Shown here piece by piece: positions 34,752 through 47,118 of a stretch of DNA of 64,000 bases. The notes below the pieces were generated by a model. That model saw only the letters and a list, made by a program, of their open reading frames with translations. It made no database searches and had not been told where the DNA came from. The position numbers and the translations under genes are program-made. Positions within the stretch are counted from its first letter, which is position 1. The number at the start of each line of letters is the position of its first letter. Source of the DNA: Cycas panzhihuaensis (Eukaryota > Plantae > Cycadophyta); NCBI GenBank assembly GCA_023213395.1, contig CM041465.1, positions 49,421,741 through 49,485,740 of the forward strand. Reading direction: 5' to 3'.

Positions 34752-37700
34752 TGTTGAGGATCAACCCTAACTTACCTTCTCTTATATTCTCTTATATCTT
34801 GTACTTCTTCTCTCTCTTATATCTTTATTTCTTCTACTTCTTCCCTTTCTTAATATCCCACATGCATAAGTAGAAGGTTGTGTAGTGGTCATTGAGCACT
34901 ATATATATTCATGTAATATCCCACATGCATAAGGAGGAGGTTGAGTAGTAAGCATAGAGACATATATATATTTGTGTAATCCTTAGAGTATGATATCTTG
35001 AATATCATTGTTATTTGCATGTAATTGGGAGGTTGCCCCCTCGAAGGGTATTGCAATATAAGTGCTCTTTTGGAGTTATTTGCTTATTATATTGGTGTGT
35101 AATTATCATTAAGGAGTGGTATCCTACCAAGTGGTATCAGAGCGGTCGATCCATTCCTTGTGGGAAAGTCAAGGTACTAAATAATTAATTTTTTCCATTA
35201 TTTTTTTCTCATTAGTACCTATTCTCATTTGATTTCCATTTAGTTACCTTACTTTTTGGGGGTAGATAACACTGTAATCGGGCATTACTCCTAACACGCC
35301 TTTAGGTTCTCTTTTGCATTTAGATAGAGACCGTGTACTGGGGGTCTATAAATATCACGAGGATCTGTCGTTTTGGGCTAAGCGCATTGTGGCTTTTCCG
35401 TCCCTTGTGTGAAGGACTGGAGATCACACTCCTGAATCAAGCCTTATCTGAGAACTCGGCTCTGCATTGTGCCTCCATGTACCTGTGGGTATATAGGAGG
35501 ACCCCCTAGATAGGCCTTCCTAGTATAGGTAACCATAGGAAACCTATTGATCGTCTGCAATTTGTAGTGCACTAAGGTGGCGGTTAGCCAGGAAGTTACT
35601 TTCCACGTACCCTAGAGACGGGGTAGTACAACTACAGAGTAGAGCATTTGCCTCTGTAAGTTGATACTATTTACATCTGGGATAAGTATATCGGAGGGCC
35701 TACAAACCAGACAAGCCCATACCTAGTGTACCTGGTCAGTCTATTAGTGGGTTGTGCGCACTTAGTCGGTCAGTGAGTCAGTCATCATCTATTTGTTAAA
35801 TCGAGTGTCTCTAGCCAGGCTGTCATCAGTTCTTGCGCACATAGTCTGTCAGCCAACCAGTGCCCAAAAAAGCAAAAAAGCAAAAAACAGCAAAAAAAAA
35901 AAAAAAGTCAATCCATATTGCCTCATATTGGGGATAACAGTCTATAGACACCCCGTCAAATCCTTTTCAGTCACATTTACCAACCAAGATTCCAACTTAG
36001 GTCTTGTGGACTAATGGCCCCTAAGATGAACCCAAGTTGGACCCAAGATCTCAATGATGTTGTTTCACAACTTCGAGAAGATATATTACAAATCCAGAAT
36101 GACTTTAATGAAAATTTTGAAGCAGTAATGCTAGAGCTCACATCCATGAAACCTCTTAAGGAAGAAAAGAATGATCTTGACGATACTACTCACATAGGTG
36201 GGGGTCACTTCGCTAAAGAAGATGAAGGTAATGATGGTAGGTGCTTTCGTCCAAACTTCCTTCCCAAGGTAGAAATCAAGAAGTTCAATGGCACGGATAT
36301 GTACGGATCACCCAAATGGAACAATACTTTTCTCTTCATCAAGTTCCAACAGATAAGAAGATCCCTCTTGCTTCTTTACACATGGAAACTGAACCCTACC
36401 AATGGTACCAATGGGTCATGAAAATAATTGATGGGCTTAGTTATCAATGGGAGGGTTTTGTCAAGGATCTTATAGCTCAATATGACAGTACCTGGGATCA
36501 GGACCACTTTAACCAGTTAGCTAAAGTTAGACAGGAGGGGACTTTCAACTTATCTGACAGAATACCAACGTCTCTCCACAAGGGTTGATGGTCTTTGTTA
36601 GGATAAATTACTTGAGCTATACATTGGTGGGTTCTGAGATGACATCGGACATGAGTTGCGACTCTTAAAACCCGATAACATCTCTGACTATTAATTTTGC
36701 TTGACACATTGAAGCAAAAATAAGGCATCGACCCCCAACGAACATTTCGAGCGACCACAATTTCGGGTTCACGGTATCGACGAATGACTTCCCAAGAGAT
36801 GGATGAGAAAGCGATTGAAAGGGTTATGTTTTCGTTGTAACCAAAAGTGGAATAAAGACCATAAGTGTCTGAGCAGCTTATTTATAATTGAGGATGTTCA
36901 AGATGAGGAACCAAGATGAAGAAGCCTCATTAGAGCCAGAAAATAATGATTGTGACCCACCTGAGGAGGAAGAAGAAGATACTGCTACTATATCTGTGCA
37001 TGCCCTAGTTGGAATTGCAGCCCCTCAGACACTCAAACTTATTGGATACATTAAGAAAAGGAAGGTGGTTGTCCTCATAGATTCTGGGAGCACCCATAAT
37101 TTCATTAATCGGAAACTTGGTAAAGAACTCAACTGTTTTCCATATCCTATCAAAAATTTTCAGGTTATGGTGGCTAATGGAGGGACACTCGCTTGTGGAG
37201 GAAAATGTCACAATATCAAGTTACAAATGGGTGACTATCACCTCTCCACTTCTATGTATGCCATTCTTGTTGGAGGAGTTGATGTTGTATTAGGGGTACA
37301 ATAGCTCAAACCACTAGGGACCATTCAACTAAATATGCAAGAGCTCTTCATCTGATTTATCAAGGAATTGACTATCAATTGAATGTGATCATTCCTCCAC
37401 CGACCCAAATCATCGACTCACCTTTGTATGGAGAGGCTTGTTAAAAAGGGTGGTACAGGAATCATTGCCAAATGTTATGCTCTAGAAGGTCAAGAACTTC
37501 CAATGAAGGGACATTCTCCAAGATGATGGTATACCAAATGACTTAAAATTGGTACTTCACCGCCATAACCAGGTCTTTCAAGATATTCCTCAAGGTCTTC
37601 CCCCAGTACGTGACCAAGATCATAGCATTGACCTGGTAGTTGGAAGTAATCCTCCTTGTATTCGACCATACCGGTATCCCTACCAGCAAAAGAATGAAAT

Positions 37701-40700
37701 TGAATGACTAGTTCAAGAACTCCTTAATGCTGGTATTATTAGGGAAAGTAAAAGCACTTTTTCTGCCCTAGTGATTTTAGTAAGAAAAAAGGATGGCTCA
37801 TTTCACATGTGTGTAGACTACCGCGAGCTCAATAAGATAACCATCAAGGATAAATTTCCTATACCAGTTATTGATGAACTCTTGGATGAACTCCATGGAG
37901 CAATGTTCTTCACATCATTGGACTTATGATCAGGATACCATCAAATCAGGATCAAAGCAGAGGATGTTCATAAAACTACATTTCGTACACATGAACGTCA
38001 CTATGAATTTTTAGTCATACCATTTGGCTTGACTAATGCTCCATCCACCTTTCAAGGACTCATGAATAAACTCTTTCGACCTTACTTAAGGAAGTTCATG
38101 TTAGTATTTTTTTATGACATTTTGATCTCCAACGTGCGTGGGAAGACCATCTTGACATGTTGATAAGGCATTACGGTGCTTGCAGACAACCGACTTTATG
38201 CAAAAAATTAAAATGTCAATTTGGGCAAATGAAATAGAATATTTGGGCCATATCATCTCTCAAGAAGGAGTCAAGGTGAATCCTAAGAAAATAGCAGTTA
38301 TTGCAAACTGGCCTAAACCAAAAACATCAAGGGCCTTCGTGGATTCTTAGGAATCACAGGATATTATCGAAAGTTTGTTCAAGGCTATGCAAGGATTACT
38401 TCCCCTTTAATCAATTTGTTAAAAAAGGATTCTTTTCATTGGAATGATAAGGCCTCTGAAGCATTTGAACACCTAAAGGCGGCTTTAACTACCACACCGA
38501 TCCTTGCAACACGGACTTTACAAAGACCTTCACCATTGAATGTGATGCATCGGGGCAAGGCATTGGAGCAGTCTTAATGCAAGAAGGAAAACCTTTGGCT
38601 TTTGAAAGTCATCGACTTACACTCAAGGAACAAGTCAAGTCCACCTATGAGAAGGAGATGTTAGCAATTATTCATCTTTGTTAGGAAATGGTGACAATAT
38701 TTATTGGGAACACATTTCCAAATTAAAACAGACCATGATAGCTTAAAATATTTCCTATCTCAAAGGACATCATCTGAGGAACAACAAAAATGGGTCACCA
38801 AAATGCAAGCTTTTGACTTTGAAATAATATATAAAAAAGGCAAGGATAATATAGCTACTGATGCTTTATCTCGTAAAGAAGAAGACTCTGCACTATATTC
38901 TATCACAACAGTCAATCCCTCTTGGATAGCAGTCACCAAGCAAGAATGGGATGAGGACTCCTTTACAAAGTAGATCATTCAAGACCTTCAAGCTGGAGTA
39001 GGGCATTCAACCCATTATACATGGTCTTCAAATATTCTCTGGTATAAGAATCGAATATATATATGCCCTCACTCTAGCCTTAAGGAGCAAATTTTACATG
39101 ATGCACATGCCTCTCCAACAATGAGTCACTCGGGGTTCCTACGAACATACCACCGCTTAAAACAGTCTTTCTTTTGGAAGGGACAAAAAGGAGATGTAAA
39201 GAGATATGTTTCCTCATGTGAAATTTGTCAACGACATAAGATGTAAGCAGTCAAGTCTCCAAGATTGCTGCAACCCCTTCCCATACCAAATCAACGATGG
39301 GAAGAAATTTCTATGGACTTCCTCATGGGTGCACTTGAAGTCAGAAGGAAAAGATGCTATACTGGTGGTTGTTGATAGGCTAACTAAATATGCTCACTTT
39401 TGTGGCATTTAGGCCACATATAAGGCAAAGCAAATTGCTGAGGTCTTTTTAAAGGATATACACAGGTTACACGGCATGCCCAAATATATAGTCAGTGATC
39501 GAGATCCCAAGTTTACGATAACTCGGATGTAACTCTTCCATCTACTTGGTACTAAACTAACAATGAGCTCAGCCTACCATCCACAAACAGATGGACAAAC
39601 TGAGGTGGTTAATAAGTGCCTTGAAGGATACCTTCAGTGTTATGCTTCAGATAAGTAGGGGCAGTGGCATCATTGGCTTCCTTTAGCAGAATGGTGGTAT
39701 AATACAACCTATCATGCATCAGTAGGAATGACTCCATTCTAAGTATTATATGGCTATGAACCACCCACACTTAAAAATTATGCCATAATCAGTTCTAAGG
39801 TTCAAACAGTCGAAGACCACATCCAACAAACAACACATATTCTTAAGCTACTCAAGGAAAATTTGAACCTTGCACAAAATCGGATGAAACAATAGGCAGA
39901 TAAAGGGCGAAGTGAACGAGCGTTTCAACCAGGTGATTGGGTATACATACAGTTGCAACTATATAAGCATGAATCTCTCAAACGGAATGGGCAACATAAG
40001 TTACAACCTCAATTTTATGGGCCTTACAAAATTCTCAAGAAGATTAGTGAAGTTGCATATGCCTTGGACTTACCACCACTATCAACGATCCATAATGTCT
40101 TTCATGTTTCATGTCTCAAGAAGGCAATTGGGCAACAAGTACAAGTTCAAACAGAATTACCTATATTAAATGAGGAGGGGCAACTTCAACTCATTCCAGA
40201 ATGTATCATCGACCGAAGAATTCGACATCTACGATCCAGACAAATCATTGAGTATCTCATCAAATGGAAACAACTTCCGCGAGAAGATGCAACCTCGGAG
40301 AATGAACAATTTATCCTAGAGCACCCTAAGATCACCAAGCTTTGAGGGCAAAGCTTTTTTAAGGGGGGGACTTTGTTAGGGATCCAACCCCTAACTTACC
40401 TTCTCTTATATTCTCTTATATCTTGTACTTCTTCTCTCTCTTATATCTTTATTTCTTCTACTTCTTCCCTTTTCTTAATATCCCACATGCATAAGTAGAA
40501 GGTTGTGTAGTGGTCATTGAGCACTATATATATTCATGTAATATCCCACATGCATAAGGAGGCGATTGAGTAGTAAGCATAGAGACATATATATATTTGT
40601 GTAATCCTTAGAGTATGATATCTTGAATATCATTGTTATTTGCATGTAATTGGGAGGTTGCCCCCTCAAAGCGTATTGCAATATAAGTGCTCTTTTGGAG

Positions 40701-40754
40701 TTATTTGCTTATTATATTGGTGTGTAATTATCATTAAGGAGTGGTATCCTACCA
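34752..40754 (+). mobile_element. Young Ty3/gypsy chromovirus (Reina-like); LTRs 34752-35129 and 40374-40754; nested in the Copia integrase
   Basis: Near-identical LTRs; PBS tggtatcagagc 35132-35143; PPT aaggggggga 40361-40370; TSD ACTTG/GCTTG; protease LIDSGSTHNFI; RNase H IECDASG; integrase GPY; chromodomain EYLIKWKQLPREDAT. Confidence 0.96.
36014..40345 (+). pseudogene. gag-pol: Gypsy gag-pol (gag, PR, RT, RNase H, integrase, chromodomain), fragmented
   Basis: ORFs starting at 36014, 36241, 36888, 38704, 39206 and 39953; the RT catalytic motif reads FFYDIL. Confidence 0.93.
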
Positions 40755-42826
40755 GCTTGTTATATGGTAAACAGGTCACCATCAGTTGCAATAGATTGTA
40801 AGATTCCTAAAGAGGTATGGACTGGACATCCATGTGATTATTCAAATTTAAAAGTTTTTGGTTGTGATGCTTATGCAGGTGACAAAAGTAAACGTTCAAA
40901 ATTAGAACCAAAATCCAAGAGATATATCTTTGTTGGTTATGGTGATAAGGATGGTGTGAAGGGATACAGGTTGTGGGATCCTCGCCCACAAAATCACCAT
41001 TAAGAGATGTCATATTTGATGAATCTCCTTGTAAAATCGAGATAGTGTAGAAGTGAAATGAAACAGAGGCGGCCAAGATAAACATCAACAAGTTAAGTTT
41101 AAAATGCAGCCATATGTGGAATCAAAAGAGCATGAAGATCTTTTTGAAGATGAATCAGCAGCAGATTCACAGGAGTATGTGGATACTCCTCGCCTTGATT
41201 AGAAGATCTACACAGTCGGTCATCCACCTAGCAATGTATAGCCCTTCTATTTCTATTGCTTTAGTTTCATGATGGTGAGCCCACATGTTATCGAGCGATA
41301 GATGATATCCATGGAGAGAAGTGGATAAGGGCTATGTAGGAAGAGATAGATGCCTTGAAGAAAAATCATTCATGGGACTTGGTAGAACTTCCACATGGCG
41401 GGAAGGCATTGATTGCGGTGGGTTTTCAAAAGAAAACGGATGTTGATAGAAAGGTTGATAAATCTGAGGGCACGTTGGTGGCAAAGGCTTTGCCTGAAGC
41501 AGGTATTGACTTTCATGAGATCTTTTCACCAGTTGTTAAACTTGTTTCAATTCGAGTGCTATTAGCATTGGTAGCTTCTCTGAATTTGGAGTTGGAGCAG
41601 TTAGATGTAAAAATAACTTTTCTACATGGAGATTTAGATGAGGAGATCTATATGGATCAACCAAAGGGGTTTGTACAAGATGGTAGGAAAAGACTTGTTT
41701 GCAGGCTCAGGAAATCATTGTATGGCCTGAAGTAATCACCCAGGCAGTGGTACAAGAAGTTTGATGCCTTGATGGAGAGCCAAATTTTCAAAAGAAGTGA
41801 GTATGATCATTGTGTTTACTTCAAATTTATGGACAATGGCTTATTCATTATCTTAGTGTTATATGTTGATGACATGCTGGTTACAAGCAAGAGCATGGTA
41901 GAAATCAATAAGCTAAAGGCTCAATTGGCTAGGACTTTTGATATGAAGGATCTAGGAGCTGCAAAACAAATCTTAGGCATGGAGATACACAGAGATAGGA
42001 AAAGTGGTAAGCTATGGTTATCACAGCAGAAATATGTGGAGAAGGTGCTAACCAGGTTTGGGATGGCAAATGTGAAACCAGTGAGTATCCCTTTAGCTTC
42101 CCACTTCAAGCTTTCATCTAATATGAGTCCTAGTAGTGAAGAAGAAAAGGCTTATATGTCTCGTGTGCCTTATGCCAGTGTAGTAGGAAGTTTAACGTAT
42201 GCCATGGTATGTACAAGACTTGATATTTCACATGCAGTCGGTGTAGTTAGCAGGTTTATGGCAAAATCAGGAAAGGAGCATTGGGTTGCAGTGAAATGGA
42301 TGCTTCGGTATTTGAGAGGCACTAGTGATTACTCCATCACCTTTGGAGGTACAGGAAATCAGGTTTGTGGATATGTCAATTCAGATTTTGCAGGAGATTT
42401 AGACAAAAGAAGGTCTACTTCAGGTTATGTTTTCACTCTTGCAAATGGTCTAGTTAGTTGGATGTCCAAATTGCAGAGCATAATTGCACTATCAACCACA
42501 GAAACTGAATATATTGTTGCAGCACATGCTTGTAAAGAAGTAATCGATTCTGAGGTCTATTGGTTGAGCTTGGAAGGAGACAAGAAAATGTAAAGGTATT
42601 TTGTGATAGTCAAAGTGTTATTTACCTAGCTAAGAATCCAGCTTATCAAAGTAGAACAAAGCATATTACTCTAAAGTACCATTTTGTTAGACAGGTTGTG
42701 GAAGCAAGTGGAGTGGCACTTGAGAAGATTCACACCAATCAGAATTGTGCTGATATATTCACTAAACCAGTACCATTAGAGAAGTTCAAATGGTGTTTGA
42801 CTTCTCTTGGCTTGCAGAAAAGATGA
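40755..42826 (+). pseudogene. pol: Tork-like integrase C-terminus, RT and RNase H (3' part)
   Basis: ACYMVNRSPS resumes right after the Gypsy; ORFs 41355-41735, 41769-42593 (LYVDDML, YVNSDFAGD) and 42560-42826 (CDSQS...RTKHI). Confidence 0.94.
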
Positions 42827-45800
42827 TGAAGGATCCAGGAAAGGTAGCGGGTAATTGTTGTCAAGGTGGAGATTGTTGGGTATTGTGACAACAATTATAG
42901 GCCTAAAATTATGGCCTATTTTTGGCGCGGTTTCCCCCCCTAATCTTTATTAGAGGGTTCTAAGGGGGGCGGGAGCCCCCCTTGGCCGAGGGGTGTGGGG
43001 GGGGTGGAACGCCCCTCGCTAGGAGGGGGTTCAGGGGCAATAGGCCCTGACCCAAAAAATTGACCATGTAAACCTTATTAAAGTGTAAAGAGAATCAGGG
43101 TCGTATAATGAAAATACCCTAGATTCTACAGTTGAGATTTTAGGTCTTGGATGTCCTCTCATGTAGCCCATTTTTAGGGCTTTTCTTATTATGTTGTAAT
43201 GTTATGCAATGTGCTATGAAGAGGGCGGCGGTTGATTGTTATTCCAGAGAGCACGTTATATCTGTGATGTACCATTTTCTCCATTCTGCAATAATAAAGA
43301 TCGATACATTTCCTGTGTGGATATTTCCCTAGCACACTGCTAGAGTTTTACCACGTTATATCAGGTGCACATGTGATGTTTGGCTTTCATTGTCTTGTTA
43401 CTGTATAATCTCAGGTTTTAAGAACTTGCATGTAATTTGTATGTTTCATTTCTGTAACTAGTTGTAAGAAAGTAATAGATCTTGGTGGCTGTTAGAGGGT
43501 TGGACCTTCTATTCTCAACAAAGAGCAAAGAGGAAACCGTTTATTTTGGAAAAGGAAGAATAACTAGAGGAAAGAAAGATGAGGAATAGATGGAAGAACA
43601 AAGGGAGGAATGTATGGAAGAAATTTTTTTTCCTAAAGTCGGTCAATGGAGTAAAGCAAAAGACATTGAAATCCAAGAAGATGATTATGAAGAAATTATA
43701 ATTATTTATATACCAAAGTTACCTTGGCCCTCTATTCAAGAAGCTTCAACTTTGGTAGTAAAATCACCTAGCGTGGAAGAAAAATTTGCAGTTACTAAAG
43801 AAAAGGAAGAACATTTTTCTGTTGATAATCAAGTTTTTGAAGAGCCATTAGATCCAACTTATTGTGATTTCTCTAATATTTCCAACTAAAAATCCTCTTT
43901 TCTAGCAAAAGTTACCAGAGCACTTCTTTCTAAGTTAGAAGGTAAAACAAGAGCACCCCTAGCATTCCACTAGGATTAATTGATTAGCTACAAAAAGAAG
44001 TAGAAAGGAAAATTTACAATTCTTAATTTAATTTATTCAAGAATGGGTTGATGATGTATCCTCTATTTCTTCAAAAGTGGCTCTATTTTAGGAGACATTT
44101 GAGGAGAAATTTCTAATTGATTTACAAGATGTTGTAGTCAAGCTCAATGGTTGGATACTATCTACTATTAATTATTTAAAGAACACTTTAAAATGCATGT
44201 TAAATGTGGAAAATTATAGGCTAAACGTAGTTATGAAAGAACATAAAAACTATAATTTTAGCAACAGTTAAAAACAACATTATAACATAATAAGGAAATG
44301 AATAGATATCTTACCCAACTCTAGGAGTCAAAATAGTTAGTTGCAAATGAATCTAAGGAAGAAATTTATCTTTAAAAAGAGTAAATATTCTTATTAGTTT
44401 AATAACTAGAAAGCAAAAGCATGAAAATCCCTCTTAGTTATGGAAAACCAGATGTACAAGAGTTAAGATACTTTTGGATTAAATTTAATGAACAAAGATG
44501 ATGACAAGGAATGGCTCCTCATAATCTATGTATATCATCACGGCAAAAAGAATCAAGGGGATGAGGATAGTGATTGTTTTTTATGAATGAAGCCATTTGT
44601 CATTAGTAGAGAGGTGATACGTATACAAGAAATATGATCTTGCAATATTTGTGGAAAACATATCTTAATTCTTTTATGATTAGTAATTGCGACAAAGGTC
44701 TATGATAATTTGCAACAACTTGCAACAAAGGTCTATGAAAGCTTATGATACAGGTTTGTAATAGAGGGTGAATAAATTATTATTAATTGATCATCAGATC
44801 AAGAATAAATAGTTAGGATTAAAAACAATTAAGAAACAATTATAATTATGAAGTATATATATGTAATTACATGTGTAATAGAAAGACAAGAGTGTGTGGC
44901 ATAGTTGTGACCTTATGTGAAAAGGATTCTCCATGCTTCTAATGGAATTCCTTCTACCATGAATATGATGAATGGTGTTTTGAGACTCCATATATGTATT
45001 ATGTTGTGATTTCGTTTTGTTGAATGTGTGTTATGGTTAGAATATGGGTAAGGATTATTGGGATGAGCAATCTAAGAGAATATGTTAGTTAAGAGGAAAA
45101 TGTCACATTGAAGTTTGCTACCCAACAAACACATACTTCTTCATATCCTTATATAATTATGACCATAAGTATTCCATTGTTGGGATCTTCTGAGTTATTC
45201 TTTTTCCTACAAATTATCCTCCTCATGGCTCATCATGAACTTACTATAGCATATCATCCATTTCATCTTCTTCTATTCATCTATAAAGAATATACGGCAA
45301 CCCTTTGAGACTATAGGCTAACTCCATAGATAAATAATAGCATAAATACTCTCATTCTAATAATTATAAAATGTTACAAATAATAGAATAGTAGTAATAA
45401 CTTTTAATTATATTCAAAAGAAGTATTGAAGTAATAATAAACATGGCAATATGCAAAGGAACTAAAATAATAACACATATTTAATTCATAATATAATGAA
45501 ACTGTATTTAATAGAACAACTTATCTCTATTACAAAGTGTCTACAAGATAATAAAATATTTATTATATCTTTTGTTCCCCTTTGAGGTTAGGGAGCCTTT
45601 AGAAATAAGCTTCATTCTAAAGAAGATAAGGAGAAAACTTCAAAATCTAGCTTTTCCAAATAACACATTTTCTCCTCATATATGGGTGTTTTTTCAAATT
45701 ATTAATTATTTTATAATAAGGTCATCCTTAAAATAATTAATCATTTAAAATAGATTTAGTCTTCAATAATTAGTATTTATAACAATAATCTTTAAACTAG

Positions 45801-47118
45801 TATAACTACCTCATGCAATATCTATTTAGGGTCTACAACCACTTGTTTTAAAATCAATAAATATCTTTATGTCATGAGCCATATCTTACAATTAGAGTTT
45901 ATTTTATTTATCTTGTAATTATAAAATAATTAATATGTACTTACTTTAAAAGGTTCCTTCATCTAGTATAAGGGCTAAGTATACAATAATTCTTCCCCTC
46001 TTAATATGTTTTACCTTCAAATTATAGATATAGGTGGACATTGGTGCCACTATGATTCAATATCCACCTGAAGCTTATGCATATATTTAGGGATCAACCC
46101 CACTTGGTCAACTTGTTCATAGGTCAATAATCCATAATGAAAATGATGTCTAATGATTCCCTACTTCTTATCATGTTTCACTCTCAAAACATTTTTAAAT
46201 GTGAACTTCAATGAATCCCATGGATTAACCTTTATAATTACTAGTTGTTTACATCTTTCTATTACACTACTCTAATACTTACATCCTTTTGTTTGATATA
46301 TATTTATGTTGAAATATTTAATGTGTACTAGGTTTATAACCTTGATTTATGAGTCTCCCGCTTTATGTCTTATACTTTAGTTATTTTATTATTATTGTAT
46401 TAGAATGATGAGACACAAGGATTACCCAACATTTCATACAAGTGTCACTTTAGGTAGTTGTAAATATTCTTTTGTAGTTCTTTATATCTATATTGATTAT
46501 GCATTGAAGTTTTTTAATAGGAATGAGATAAATTAAATATACTTCTAAAATTAATATTCTTAGTATATTTTCTAGCTATCTATTGAATTTTTTAATAACA
46601 ATGAGATGAATTATATATACTTCTAAAATTAATTTTCCTAGTGTATTTTGTGTCTATCCATGTTAGTTAGATCCTAGTTTGAATGTCAAAATGATATCAA
46701 AGTAAAATTACGTGCATGCTTACACAAGTCTAAATGTATATTTATGTAGATTACGGTTTGTTTTAGAATAATAAAGTTTAGTTTGAACTTCATTAGGTTC
46801 AATTTTGAGTAGATTTATGAGTGTTTAGAGCTCAAAATAATTTTTTGAGTCTATACATGTTAAAAATTCTAGTTGTATTTTTCATTACATATTACAATAA
46901 TTTATTGCAAAGTTTGAGTGTGTTTCAAGTTTTTCCTGTAGGCTATTGTAGTGATGCTAATAGACATGATGTGGAAATTCACCCTTAAAGATTTAATTTT
47001 AAATACAAATATCTATGTACTACAAAATAGATACTAATAATTATTATCTTTAAGGGAGACATCACAAAATAGGAAGAAGACATGCATATGCAAACCCCTT
47101 CAAAAATCTATTCCAAAA

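Larger units (their letters stand above)
32290..43520 (+). mobile_element. Tnt1/Tork-like Ty1/copia element, B-specific; LTRs 32290-32935 and 42874-43520
   Basis: TSD AAGAG (32285-32289 and 43521-43525), single AAGAG at 3898-3902 in A; PBS tggtatcagagcc 32938-32950; PPT aaggtggagat; gag KFEVEKFNGKNNFELWK; CCHC CWHCNKTGHLKKDC; integrase HSDVWGP; RT LYVDDML. Confidence 0.97.
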
